The notes under the pieces: model-generated | Told to the model about the DNA's origin: nothing | What the model saw: the letters and a program-made list of their open reading frames with translations, nothing else | The model's database searches: none | Translations under genes and position numbers: made by a program | Shown: in pieces, positions 56,529-64,000 of the stretch | Numbering within the stretch: position 1 is the stretch's first letter | How the letters are laid out: the number at the start of each line of letters is the position of its first letter | Source: a virus | Length of the DNA stretch: 64,000 nt | Reading direction: 5' to 3' (one strand) | IMG/VR virus record: IMGVR_UViG_3300042937_000802 | Span: 1 to 64,000 of that record

Positions 56529-57056
56529 ATGGCAACCTGCTCAAGTAATACCAATCCACTTTACAATAATTACTTTACTCTTAAATTTAATAGAGGTACT
56601 AGCCAACTGGAACTTATGTGTCAGAGAGCAAACCTTCCCGGCATTTCTGTTCCAGATCTAGTTCAACCAACTACTTTAGGTACTACAATTCCAGTTCCAA
56701 GTATGGTTGCTGGATTTGAACCTCTGGCAGTGGAATTCATTGTTGATGAAAATATGACAAATTGGAATTCCATATACTCATGGATTCGAAATATTACAAA
56801 TATTGAAAATGATACTGAATATAATATTGATTATCAAACCTGGCATATTACAGGAACCCTGAGCATTTATACAGGTCCGTTTGGACTTGCTAACAACAGC
56901 CCTATAACAATAACTTTTACAAATATTGTTCCAATATATTTGAGTGGATTGAATTTTCAATCTGACAATAGTGATGCAATTGTTCAAAAAGCCAATTGCA
57001 AATTTAAATATTCGTATTATACAATATCACCCAACCCCCCCGCCATACTTACTTAA
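56529..57056 (+). CDS. gp3: Tail completion/terminator gp3
   Basis: CQRANLPGIS, FIVDENMTNW..IY.W, F.Y.YY. Confidence 0.85.
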   Translation: MATCSSNTNPLYNNYFTLKFNRGTSQLELMCQRANLPGISVPDLVQPTTLGTTIPVPSMVAGFEPLAVEFIVDENMTNWNSIYSWIRNITNIENDTEYNIDYQTWHITGTLSIYTGPFGLANNSPITITFTNIVPIYLSGLNFQSDNSDAIVQKANCKFKYSYYTISPNPPAILT

Positions 57057-57724
57057 AGATAGTCGGTGGGGTTGTCAGACCAGCTCTCAGGGTTCTCTGG
57101 GGGCAGATTTGGGTCAAATGGTAATTTGTTTTGCTCAGGCTTGACTTTACGGCGCTTCTTGCGCTTGGGTTGGGGTGCAGGCTCTTCTGGAGGTGGTTCG
57201 TTTATAGGGGATTCTTGGTCTTCGTTTGACAATATATCCTCTTCGTCACCCTCATCTAGTAAAATTTCAGCTTCTTCAAAGTTATCTATCAGATCATTGA
57301 CAAAATTTACAAAATCTTCATTTGTGAATAAATCATTTAACATTTGAAGACCAGATTCATGTGCAAACTTCATATTATCGGGGAGAGATGAAACTACAGT
57401 TTTGGGATCTGTCTGCATTGTCATAAAATAGATCTCATACATCTTCTCTAATTCCAGAGTAGGTGCTCCAATATAAACTATGACATTGCGTGTTAGAGAA
57501 ATTTCATGACCACGAATATTGGAAAGATAATTTGTTAGTTTGACGTATTCTACTAATTCGCCTTGTTCATCACGAACAACATAGGCTTCAAGCCGAGCAG
57601 GCAGTTTAATTGAAATTCTGTCGGTGTAAGCCTCATTGACCATACCAATTATTTCTTCACCTGAAGTAAGCTTAACCACTCGCAACACACCGCCAAAAGA
57701 ATTTTCGGGAAGTGATTCGGACAT
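57053..57724 (-). CDS. Sm-like T4-like conserved protein with acidic tail
   Basis: VVKLTSGEEIIG; typical gene next to uvsW. Confidence 0.7.
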   Translation of the reverse strand: MSESLPENSFGGVLRVVKLTSGEEIIGMVNEAYTDRISIKLPARLEAYVVRDEQGELVEYVKLTNYLSNIRGHEISLTRNVIVYIGAPTLELEKMYEIYFMTMQTDPKTVVSSLPDNMKFAHESGLQMLNDLFTNEDFVNFVNDLIDNFEEAEILLDEGDEEDILSNEDQESPINEPPPEEPAPQPKRKKRRKVKPEQNKLPFDPNLPPENPESWSDNPTDYL

Positions 57725-57745
57725 ATGTATGTCCTCCCTTCTCTA

Positions 57746-59254
57746 TTATTTATCTTTTAAGGTGTCCTTTAAAGACATGGAAAAGATCTTATGGTCAAAC
57801 TTTTCTTTTTTGTATATCTTAACACGTTCTTCAAAGTGACGGAAGATATGGTTCTTATGTTTTAACCAACAAAGATCATCCACAATATCAAAAACTTTAA
57901 GTGTTTTCTTCTTTGCAGATACTCTAAGACCACGACCAATGCTCTGTAACAATCGAATTATAGACTTAGTAGGCGAGGCAAAAATAATATTGTCGATATT
58001 AACAATGTTGATACCAGCGCTAGTAGTGCCATAACTCGCAACCAGTATAGCATCTCTTTCCGTATCAACGACTTTTCTAATATATTCTCTTGTGTCTGCT
58101 TCTGTTTTTCCAGAGATGAAATATATTGGTCTACCGCTTTTTGCTGACTCCAAGAGAGCGGCGAGAGGCTTTCCGTGATCTTCGACGTAATTGAAGAGGA
58201 CGAGCGTGTTGCCTTTGGTTTTGAGGGCAAGTTCTTTGACAAATTCGTTCCTCTTCTTATTAGTTATAATCCACTTTAATTCGTCAGGGTATTTTTGCTT
58301 CTTGAGCAACTGCTTTTCTTCGTCTGTATACTGCAACAGAATACAGTCGATTCCAATAGTGGCAAGCAATCCCTTGTTCATTAGGTTTTTTGTTTGGATG
58401 AACTGAATAGCGGGACCAAGTATGCCTTCAATACTAAGTCTATGTGCCTGTGCTTGATCCAGTGTTCCTGTTGTACCAATACGAAACCAAGCCTTGGCAA
58501 GCTTCTGACCAATCATGTTGATTGATTCGGCTTTTGCTTGATGACACTCGTCAAAGAAAATAGCATCAAATTGATCAAACCATTCTTTTGGCAATTTATA
58601 TATTGATTGCCAAGTAGAGACTACTATCTGCTTATTAGTATCTTTATCTACCCCTGCTGATATTTTATGAATATATTTTTTGCAAGACCAAGATGAGTCT
58701 TGGGAAGAATAATCAAAAAAGTCAGAATCCATTTGATTCACGAGACCAACTGTTGGTACGAGAATCAAAATTTTTCGATTTGGCGATAAGACGGATTGTA
58801 GAAAACGGACCAAGACGTAGATTATCAAACTTTTGCCCGAACCAGTAGGAGAAATCAATACGCATCTGTGATGGTTTAAAGCATGCATAATTGCTTGCTG
58901 CTGATGCGCATGCATCTGAACGGGCTTTTTCTTTACCGATACCGCTAGGGTATCGTAAAATTGAGCAAGCTGTGTTTCCTTTATACATAAAGGATTCCTA
59001 TTCTCTTTAATATTTAATGAATATTTACGATCTTGAGAAAATTTATCAAGATAAGTTTTTAACCCGCGTGGAAGAGTGGATGTAAGGATATCATATAAGC
59101 GGATCTTTCCATCCCATATACGCCGTTTGAACATAGGCATATACTGGGCACCGGGTACCATGAACGAGAAGTAATCTCGTAATTCTTGCTTGATTCCTTT
59201 TTCTGTTTTGATGTAGTAACGAACTTCATCTACAGATTCAACTTCAATATCCAC
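57746..59254 (-). CDS. uvsW: UvsW helicase
   Basis: WDGKIRL, SPTGSGKS, DECH, QSIGRGLR. Confidence 0.96.
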   Translation of the reverse strand: MDIEVESVDEVRYYIKTEKGIKQELRDYFSFMVPGAQYMPMFKRRIWDGKIRLYDILTSTLPRGLKTYLDKFSQDRKYSLNIKENRNPLCIKETQLAQFYDTLAVSVKKKPVQMHAHQQQAIMHALNHHRCVLISPTGSGKSLIIYVLVRFLQSVLSPNRKILILVPTVGLVNQMDSDFFDYSSQDSSWSCKKYIHKISAGVDKDTNKQIVVSTWQSIYKLPKEWFDQFDAIFFDECHQAKAESINMIGQKLAKAWFRIGTTGTLDQAQAHRLSIEGILGPAIQFIQTKNLMNKGLLATIGIDCILLQYTDEEKQLLKKQKYPDELKWIITNKKRNEFVKELALKTKGNTLVLFNYVEDHGKPLAALLESAKSGRPIYFISGKTEADTREYIRKVVDTERDAILVASYGTTSAGINIVNIDNIIFASPTKSIIRLLQSIGRGLRVSAKKKTLKVFDIVDDLCWLKHKNHIFRHFEERVKIYKKEKFDHKIFSMSLKDTLKDK

Positions 59255-59261
59255 ATAATAT

Positions 59262-59699
59262 TTATACTATGCCGTTCATCATTTTTTGCCAGTCAATGGC
59301 AGACTTGATGTTGAAGTTTCGGTTATTAATGGCCTTTAGAAACTCCTCAACCATCTTGACTTTAATTTCATTGACAGCAACTTTAGACTTCAATTCAACA
59401 ATTTTGGGATCACCCTCAATGAACTTTTCTACATCAGTTTTTAGTAGATCTAAATCAAATGGTTCTTCTCCCCATGCTTCCAATTCTTCTTTGGATGCTT
59501 TGCCAGTCAAAATTTTCCATTTACGCAATCTTTGAATTGCATAATCATTTTGGTGTTTGGTCAAAAGTAATTTAAAGTCTGTAAGCATATTAAGATATTT
59601 GGCGTGTATTTGAGGTATCTTAAGAGCCTCTACACCTAATTCTGTAGAGTCTATTTGGGAATCTTTAGTAATATTATTCTTGAGGTCTTCTAGATTCAT
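59262..59699 (-). CDS. uvsY: Recombination mediator UvsY
   Basis: KIPQIHAKYL, INNRNFNIKSAIDW. Confidence 0.92.
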   Translation of the reverse strand: MNLEDLKNNITKDSQIDSTELGVEALKIPQIHAKYLNMLTDFKLLLTKHQNDYAIQRLRKWKILTGKASKEELEAWGEEPFDLDLLKTDVEKFIEGDPKIVELKSKVAVNEIKVKMVEEFLKAINNRNFNIKSAIDWQKMMNGIV

Positions 59700-59787
59700 T
59701 TGGTTTAGAGTATAAAGTACCTTAGGAAAAAGTCAACTAAATAACTTGACATCTTTATATGATGTATTATATTTATTGTGAGGTCTT

Positions 59788-60447
59788 ATGATTATTGATT
59801 TACAGGAAATTAAAACACTTTGGATTAATTTAGATCGGGCTACAAAAAACGCAGAAGATATAACAAAGCAATGTGAAATTTATGGAATAAAAAACCATGA
59901 AAGATTTCCAGCAATAGTTATTGATCCTTCAAATCATTTATGTGTAAGTCATCATCCACACATGAAGCCATATTTGGCTGGTTGTGGGCTTTCTCACATA
60001 GAATGCATTAAAAAAAGTATTGGCAGTGGTCCAACACTGGTTTTGGAAGATGATGCTCAGATTACACCGGCATATGAGAATATTATAGAAGTTCCAGATA
60101 ATATTGATGCACTTTATCTGGGTGTTTCTACCGGTTCTCAACAATATTTGAGTTGTGCATACAATGAAAAATATTTAAGAATAGGCAGAATGTTAGCAGC
60201 ACATGCGGTTGTTTATATATCTGAACGGTATAAACAAGCAGCATTAGCAGAAGCAGAAAGATTTGTACACGAATTGCATTATCCGTGGGACATATCACCT
60301 TCAGTAATCCAAGAACACTTTTTAGTATTGACTCCAAAATTGCCATTTTACATTCAATCAGACAATAGACAATCTGAACACAAATGGCAATTTTTTACAG
60401 ATAAAGCAATAGAAGACAAAGGTTATAACTTTAATGATAACTTTTAA
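59788..60447 (+). CDS. Glycosyltransferase family 25-like
   Basis: WINLDR, GCGLSH, LVLEDDA, AHA. Confidence 0.8.
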   Translation: MIIDLQEIKTLWINLDRATKNAEDITKQCEIYGIKNHERFPAIVIDPSNHLCVSHHPHMKPYLAGCGLSHIECIKKSIGSGPTLVLEDDAQITPAYENIIEVPDNIDALYLGVSTGSQQYLSCAYNEKYLRIGRMLAAHAVVYISERYKQAALAEAERFVHELHYPWDISPSVIQEHFLVLTPKLPFYIQSDNRQSEHKWQFFTDKAIEDKGYNFNDNF

Positions 60448-61222
60448 AAATTTAGGAGCATATGGTAGAATGGGAAACCAGATGTTCCAGTATGCACTTT
60501 TATATTCAATTGCCAAGACAAGAGAATACGAATTTGGTATACCTTATAATTTAAAATCAAATAATCCATATTTTAATATGTGTCTCTCAGATTCTTTTGA
60601 TAATTTATCAGCAAAAAACAGCGATGATGCTCATATCATATATCAAGCAAAAGAAAAAGTTTGGGGATATAATCCAGGAATTTTTGGTATATCCGACAAT
60701 ACAGATATACTTGGTTATTTTCAAAGTGAAAAATATTTTATAGATTATAAAACACAATTATTAAAAGAATTTGAATTTAAAAAAGACATTCAAAGAAAAG
60801 CACTTGATATTCGAAGCATTACAAAAGAACCAATAATATCTGTTCACCTGAGACTAGGTGATTACAAAAATTTAGTTGGTAAACATCCTATTTGTACTAT
60901 AGAGTATTATAAAGAAGCTCTCAGTAAATTACCAGAAGATTTATTGATTGTAGCTTTTAGTGATGAACCAGATTTAGCAAAAGATTTATTTGATTCTTTA
61001 AGGAGAAAATATTTTATTACAGAGTCTAATGATCAAAATGTTGATATGTGTGCCATGACTTTATGTGATTATCACGTTATAGCAAACAGTAGTTTTAGTT
61101 GGTGGGGCGCATGGCTTGGAGAAAGTAAAAAAGTTATAGCTCCGAGTCAGTGGTTTGGTGAATCTCATGATATGCCAAAAAATTGGTCAGATATTTATTG
61201 CAAAGATTGGATTATTATATAA
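60434..61222 (+). CDS. Alpha-1,2-fucosyltransferase (GT11)
   Basis: GRMGNQMFQYA, GYFQSEKYF, VHLRLGDY, IANSSFSWWGAWL. Confidence 0.92.
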   Translation: MITFKNLGAYGRMGNQMFQYALLYSIAKTREYEFGIPYNLKSNNPYFNMCLSDSFDNLSAKNSDDAHIIYQAKEKVWGYNPGIFGISDNTDILGYFQSEKYFIDYKTQLLKEFEFKKDIQRKALDIRSITKEPIISVHLRLGDYKNLVGKHPICTIEYYKEALSKLPEDLLIVAFSDEPDLAKDLFDSLRRKYFITESNDQNVDMCAMTLCDYHVIANSSFSWWGAWLGESKKVIAPSQWFGESHDMPKNWSDIYCKDWIII

Positions 61223-61827
61223 TGCTATTTGATATTACTCAATATATAAAAAAAGAAATTAATGGAATTATTCAAATCGGAGCCCATCACGGCAACGAAT
61301 ATGAAACATTAAAAAAATTATCTGAAAATATTTTAATGTTTGAGCCACAAAAAAAAGTTTATGAAAAACTTTTTAATAAATTGGGATCATTCTCAAATGT
61401 TATTATAGAAAATAAAGCTCTGGGATCTTCTAGTGGAACTATGAATATGTACACGGAACAGGCAAATGAAGGGCAATCCAGTTCTTTACTTTCCCCACAA
61501 TTGCATTGTGTACAATATCCTGGAATAAAATTTAATGGAACGGAAGAAGTAGAAGTTATTACATTAAATGAATATTTTAGTAATAAAACATTTAATTATA
61601 ATTTAATTACGCTAGATGTACAGGGATATGAGTTAGAAGTATTAAAAGGATCTACTAATATTTTATTAAATGTTGATTATATTTTGTGTGAAGTAAATCG
61701 AGCTGAATTATATAAAAATTGTCCTATGGTTGAAGAAATAGATACTTTTTTAGCCTCATACGGATTTAAAAGAGAAGTAACATCTTGGGATGGATATACT
61801 TGGGGTGATGCTCTTTATGTTAAATGA
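61222..61827 (+). CDS. FkbM-family methyltransferase
   Basis: IGAHHGNE, FEP, LDVQGYELEVLKG, WGDALY. Confidence 0.9.
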   Translation: MLFDITQYIKKEINGIIQIGAHHGNEYETLKKLSENILMFEPQKKVYEKLFNKLGSFSNVIIENKALGSSSGTMNMYTEQANEGQSSSLLSPQLHCVQYPGIKFNGTEEVEVITLNEYFSNKTFNYNLITLDVQGYELEVLKGSTNILLNVDYILCEVNRAELYKNCPMVEEIDTFLASYGFKREVTSWDGYTWGDALYVK

Positions 61828-62632
61828 AATATCGGGGTTTGGAAGCCCATTTTCGCATGATGTAACTTCATGTCATAATGTATTGCCTAAAAATTTTAAA
61901 TGGGTTTTTAATAAACCATCAAATATAGAAATCTATATGGATTATAATATTTTAGGTGGATACAATAGCAAAAGCAAAAATAAATTTTTATGGTTATCAG
62001 AATCTAAAGAAATAGTCAGTGATCAATTTAATTATATAAAAGATAATTATACAGAATTAAAAAAAATATATAAAAAAATATTTACTAATATAGCAGATTT
62101 AATCGTTTTAGACGAATGCTTTGAGTATTGCCCTCCTGCATCAAATAAAAGTTGGATTGTAGATGGTAAAATTTATAATAAAAGTAAAATTGCTTCAATG
62201 ATTTGTTCGGGAGTAAATGAAACATCTGGACACAAATACAGAAACAATTTAATGAATTTTTATAAAGAAAAAAATGTTCCAATAGATTTTTATGGAAGAT
62301 CTCATAATCCTTTCAATAAAAAAGAAGAAGCCCTTGCAGATTATTGTTTTTCTTTTGTAGTAGAAAATGGTCAATATAGTGATTACTACACAGAAAAAAT
62401 TATGGATTGTTTTGCAACAGGAACTATACCAATATATTATGGATCACCAGAAATATATAAAAATTTTAATATGAATGGAATATTATTATTAGACAATTCA
62501 TTTAATTATGATATATTATCTTTTGAATTATACCAATCAAAACTGGATGCAATACATGATAATTTTATTAAAGAAAAAAATCATAAAATCGCTGATGATG
62601 TTTTGTTTGAAAAACTACAAAAATACATATGA
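61817..62632 (+). CDS. GT10 (alpha-1,3-fucosyltransferase-like) glycosyltransferase
   Basis: DYCFSFVVENG..DYYTEKIMDCFATGTIPIYYG. Confidence 0.85.
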   Translation: MLNEISGFGSPFSHDVTSCHNVLPKNFKWVFNKPSNIEIYMDYNILGGYNSKSKNKFLWLSESKEIVSDQFNYIKDNYTELKKIYKKIFTNIADLIVLDECFEYCPPASNKSWIVDGKIYNKSKIASMICSGVNETSGHKYRNNLMNFYKEKNVPIDFYGRSHNPFNKKEEALADYCFSFVVENGQYSDYYTEKIMDCFATGTIPIYYGSPEIYKNFNMNGILLLDNSFNYDILSFELYQSKLDAIHDNFIKEKNHKIADDVLFEKLQKYI

Positions 62633-63579
62633 ATCCCATTATACATAACGCAGATTATTTATTTAATCCAGATTTAATTAATTTTGATATTCCAGTAGAA
62701 ATACATGTAACGCGATTTTTATTAAATGATTATCCGCAGTGTATAATAAAACATTATAATAAAATTGAAACTGAAAATATTTTTAATGAAAAAACAAATT
62801 ATACATTTAATTCAACCAATTATAGAGTATTTGTGGATTCAAATGAGCCTGCAGTATGTTATATGAAAGAAACAGAAGAAGATATAATAAAATTTTCAAG
62901 TTTTTATGATTTATTATTAACTTCAAATAAAAATATTTTAGAAAAAGTACCACATTCCAAATTATTTGTATATGGTACTACTTGGTTAAATAAACAAAAT
63001 AAAGATAAAACATATTTGGGAGAAGTAGATTTAAATTTTCAAGGATTTGATCTTAATAAAACAAATAGTATTAGTTTTTTAAAAACAAATAAATCACCAC
63101 AAGCAATAAATAATGTTCCTGGATATGCTTTAAGAGAAAAAATTTGGCCATTAAAAAATAATATTAACCATAATTCTTTATTTTATTATAGTAATGTTTA
63201 TAATAATATTACAGGAATAAATAATGATGGCCCGCTTCCAAAAGACGATAAATTAAATATTTTTAATTCTAAATTTTCTATAATAATAGAAAATTCTGAA
63301 GAAACAAATTATTTTAGTGAAAAAATCATTGATTGTTTATTAACAAAAACAATACCAATTTATTGGGGATGCCCCAATATAAATCACTATTTTGATACTA
63401 ATGGATTTATAATTTTTGAAAATGAAAATGATTTTTTAAATAAAGTTAATTCAATTAATCTGCAATCATTTTATGAAAATAAAAAAGAATACGTAGAACA
63501 CAATTTCAATGAAGCAAAAAAATATGCTTTAAATTATTCTAAAAGATTAGAAAATACAATAAATAATTTTATAAAATAA
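62629..63579 (+). CDS. GT10-like glycosyltransferase
   Basis: KFSIIIENS..NYFSEKIIDCLLTKTIPIYWG. Confidence 0.85.
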   Translation: MNPIIHNADYLFNPDLINFDIPVEIHVTRFLLNDYPQCIIKHYNKIETENIFNEKTNYTFNSTNYRVFVDSNEPAVCYMKETEEDIIKFSSFYDLLLTSNKNILEKVPHSKLFVYGTTWLNKQNKDKTYLGEVDLNFQGFDLNKTNSISFLKTNKSPQAINNVPGYALREKIWPLKNNINHNSLFYYSNVYNNITGINNDGPLPKDDKLNIFNSKFSIIIENSEETNYFSEKIIDCLLTKTIPIYWGCPNINHYFDTNGFIIFENENDFLNKVNSINLQSFYENKKEYVEHNFNEAKKYALNYSKRLENTINNFIK

Positions 63580-63620
63580 TAATTGCATATTACAAATTAT
63601 AGTATATATTAATAATAATT

Positions 63621-64000
63621 ATGGACCATATTTTAAAAGAAATAGAAAAATATATAAATGAAAAACCAAAAAAGGTTTGGATTCCAGGGCATGATTGGGT
63701 GCAATATGCAGGTCCATATTTTGATTCTGAAGAATATGTAGGAGCAGTCGAAGCACTATTAAATGGTTGGCTAGTATTAGGGCAGCTTGGTATTAAGTTT
63801 GAAAACATATTTCCAAAACTTTTAAATAAAAATTTTGGTATTCTAACAAATAGTGGAAGCAGTTCAAATTTATTAATGATGTCAGCACTGACATCAAAAA
63901 GATTATATAATCTTCCAAAGGGAACTAAGGTAATAACACCAATCGCCGGCTTCCCTACTACAATAAATCCAATATTTCAAGTAGGATTTGAACCAGTTTT
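63621..64000 (+). CDS. rfbH: RfbH/DdhC-like DegT-family NDP-sugar dehydratase, truncated by window end
   Basis: WVQYAGPYFDSEE...GWL...LTNSGSSSNLL...FPTTINPI. Confidence 0.85.
   Translation, partial: MDHILKEIEKYINEKPKKVWIPGHDWVQYAGPYFDSEEYVGAVEALLNGWLVLGQLGIKFENIFPKLLNKNFGILTNSGSSSNLLMMSALTSKRLYNLPKGTKVITPIAGFPTTINPIFQVGFEPV

Noticed and set aside
46124-59254. Introns, inteins or homing endonucleases in gp17, gp20, gp23, uvsW
   Set aside because: All are of normal length and uninterrupted
1-64000. Stop-codon reassignment
   Set aside because: Core genes are intact in code 11, all three stops are used, no suppressor tRNA

Overview
64-kb segment of a T4-like (myovirus-type, Tevenvirinae/Kyanoviridae-like) phage genome with two compositional halves. 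Positions 1-9.1 kb are GC-rich and hold short, mostly leftward early-type genes, a CobS-like AAA+ ATPase with its peptidase partner, and a tRNA cluster (Ile-UAU, Arg-UCU, Leu-CAA, Lys-UUU) interleaved with two unexplained structured RNAs. Positions 9.4-64 kb are AT-rich and hold putative internal head proteins, guaC, a 1841-aa Cys-rich RCC1-repeat protein, gp33/gp32, an unusually compact baseplate/tail module, the gp13-gp23 head/packaging block, uvsW/uvsY and a glycosyltransferase island. Most notable: (i) a 5-copy intergenic element (GCTACTATCA...TGATAGTAGC inverted repeats enclosing a variable palindrome, plus a GTTATNGGAC box) coupled to a 10-copy leaderless promoter with a CACACTCCC box instead of a -35; (ii) one such promoter embedded in-frame inside cobS; (iii) a pseudoknot-ACCA tRNA-mimic-like RNA; (iv) a -1 frameshift fusing gp26 to a gp51-like ORF; (v) apparently leaderless mRNAs in all three promoter classes. 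All assignments are from motif recognition by eye; no searches were run.
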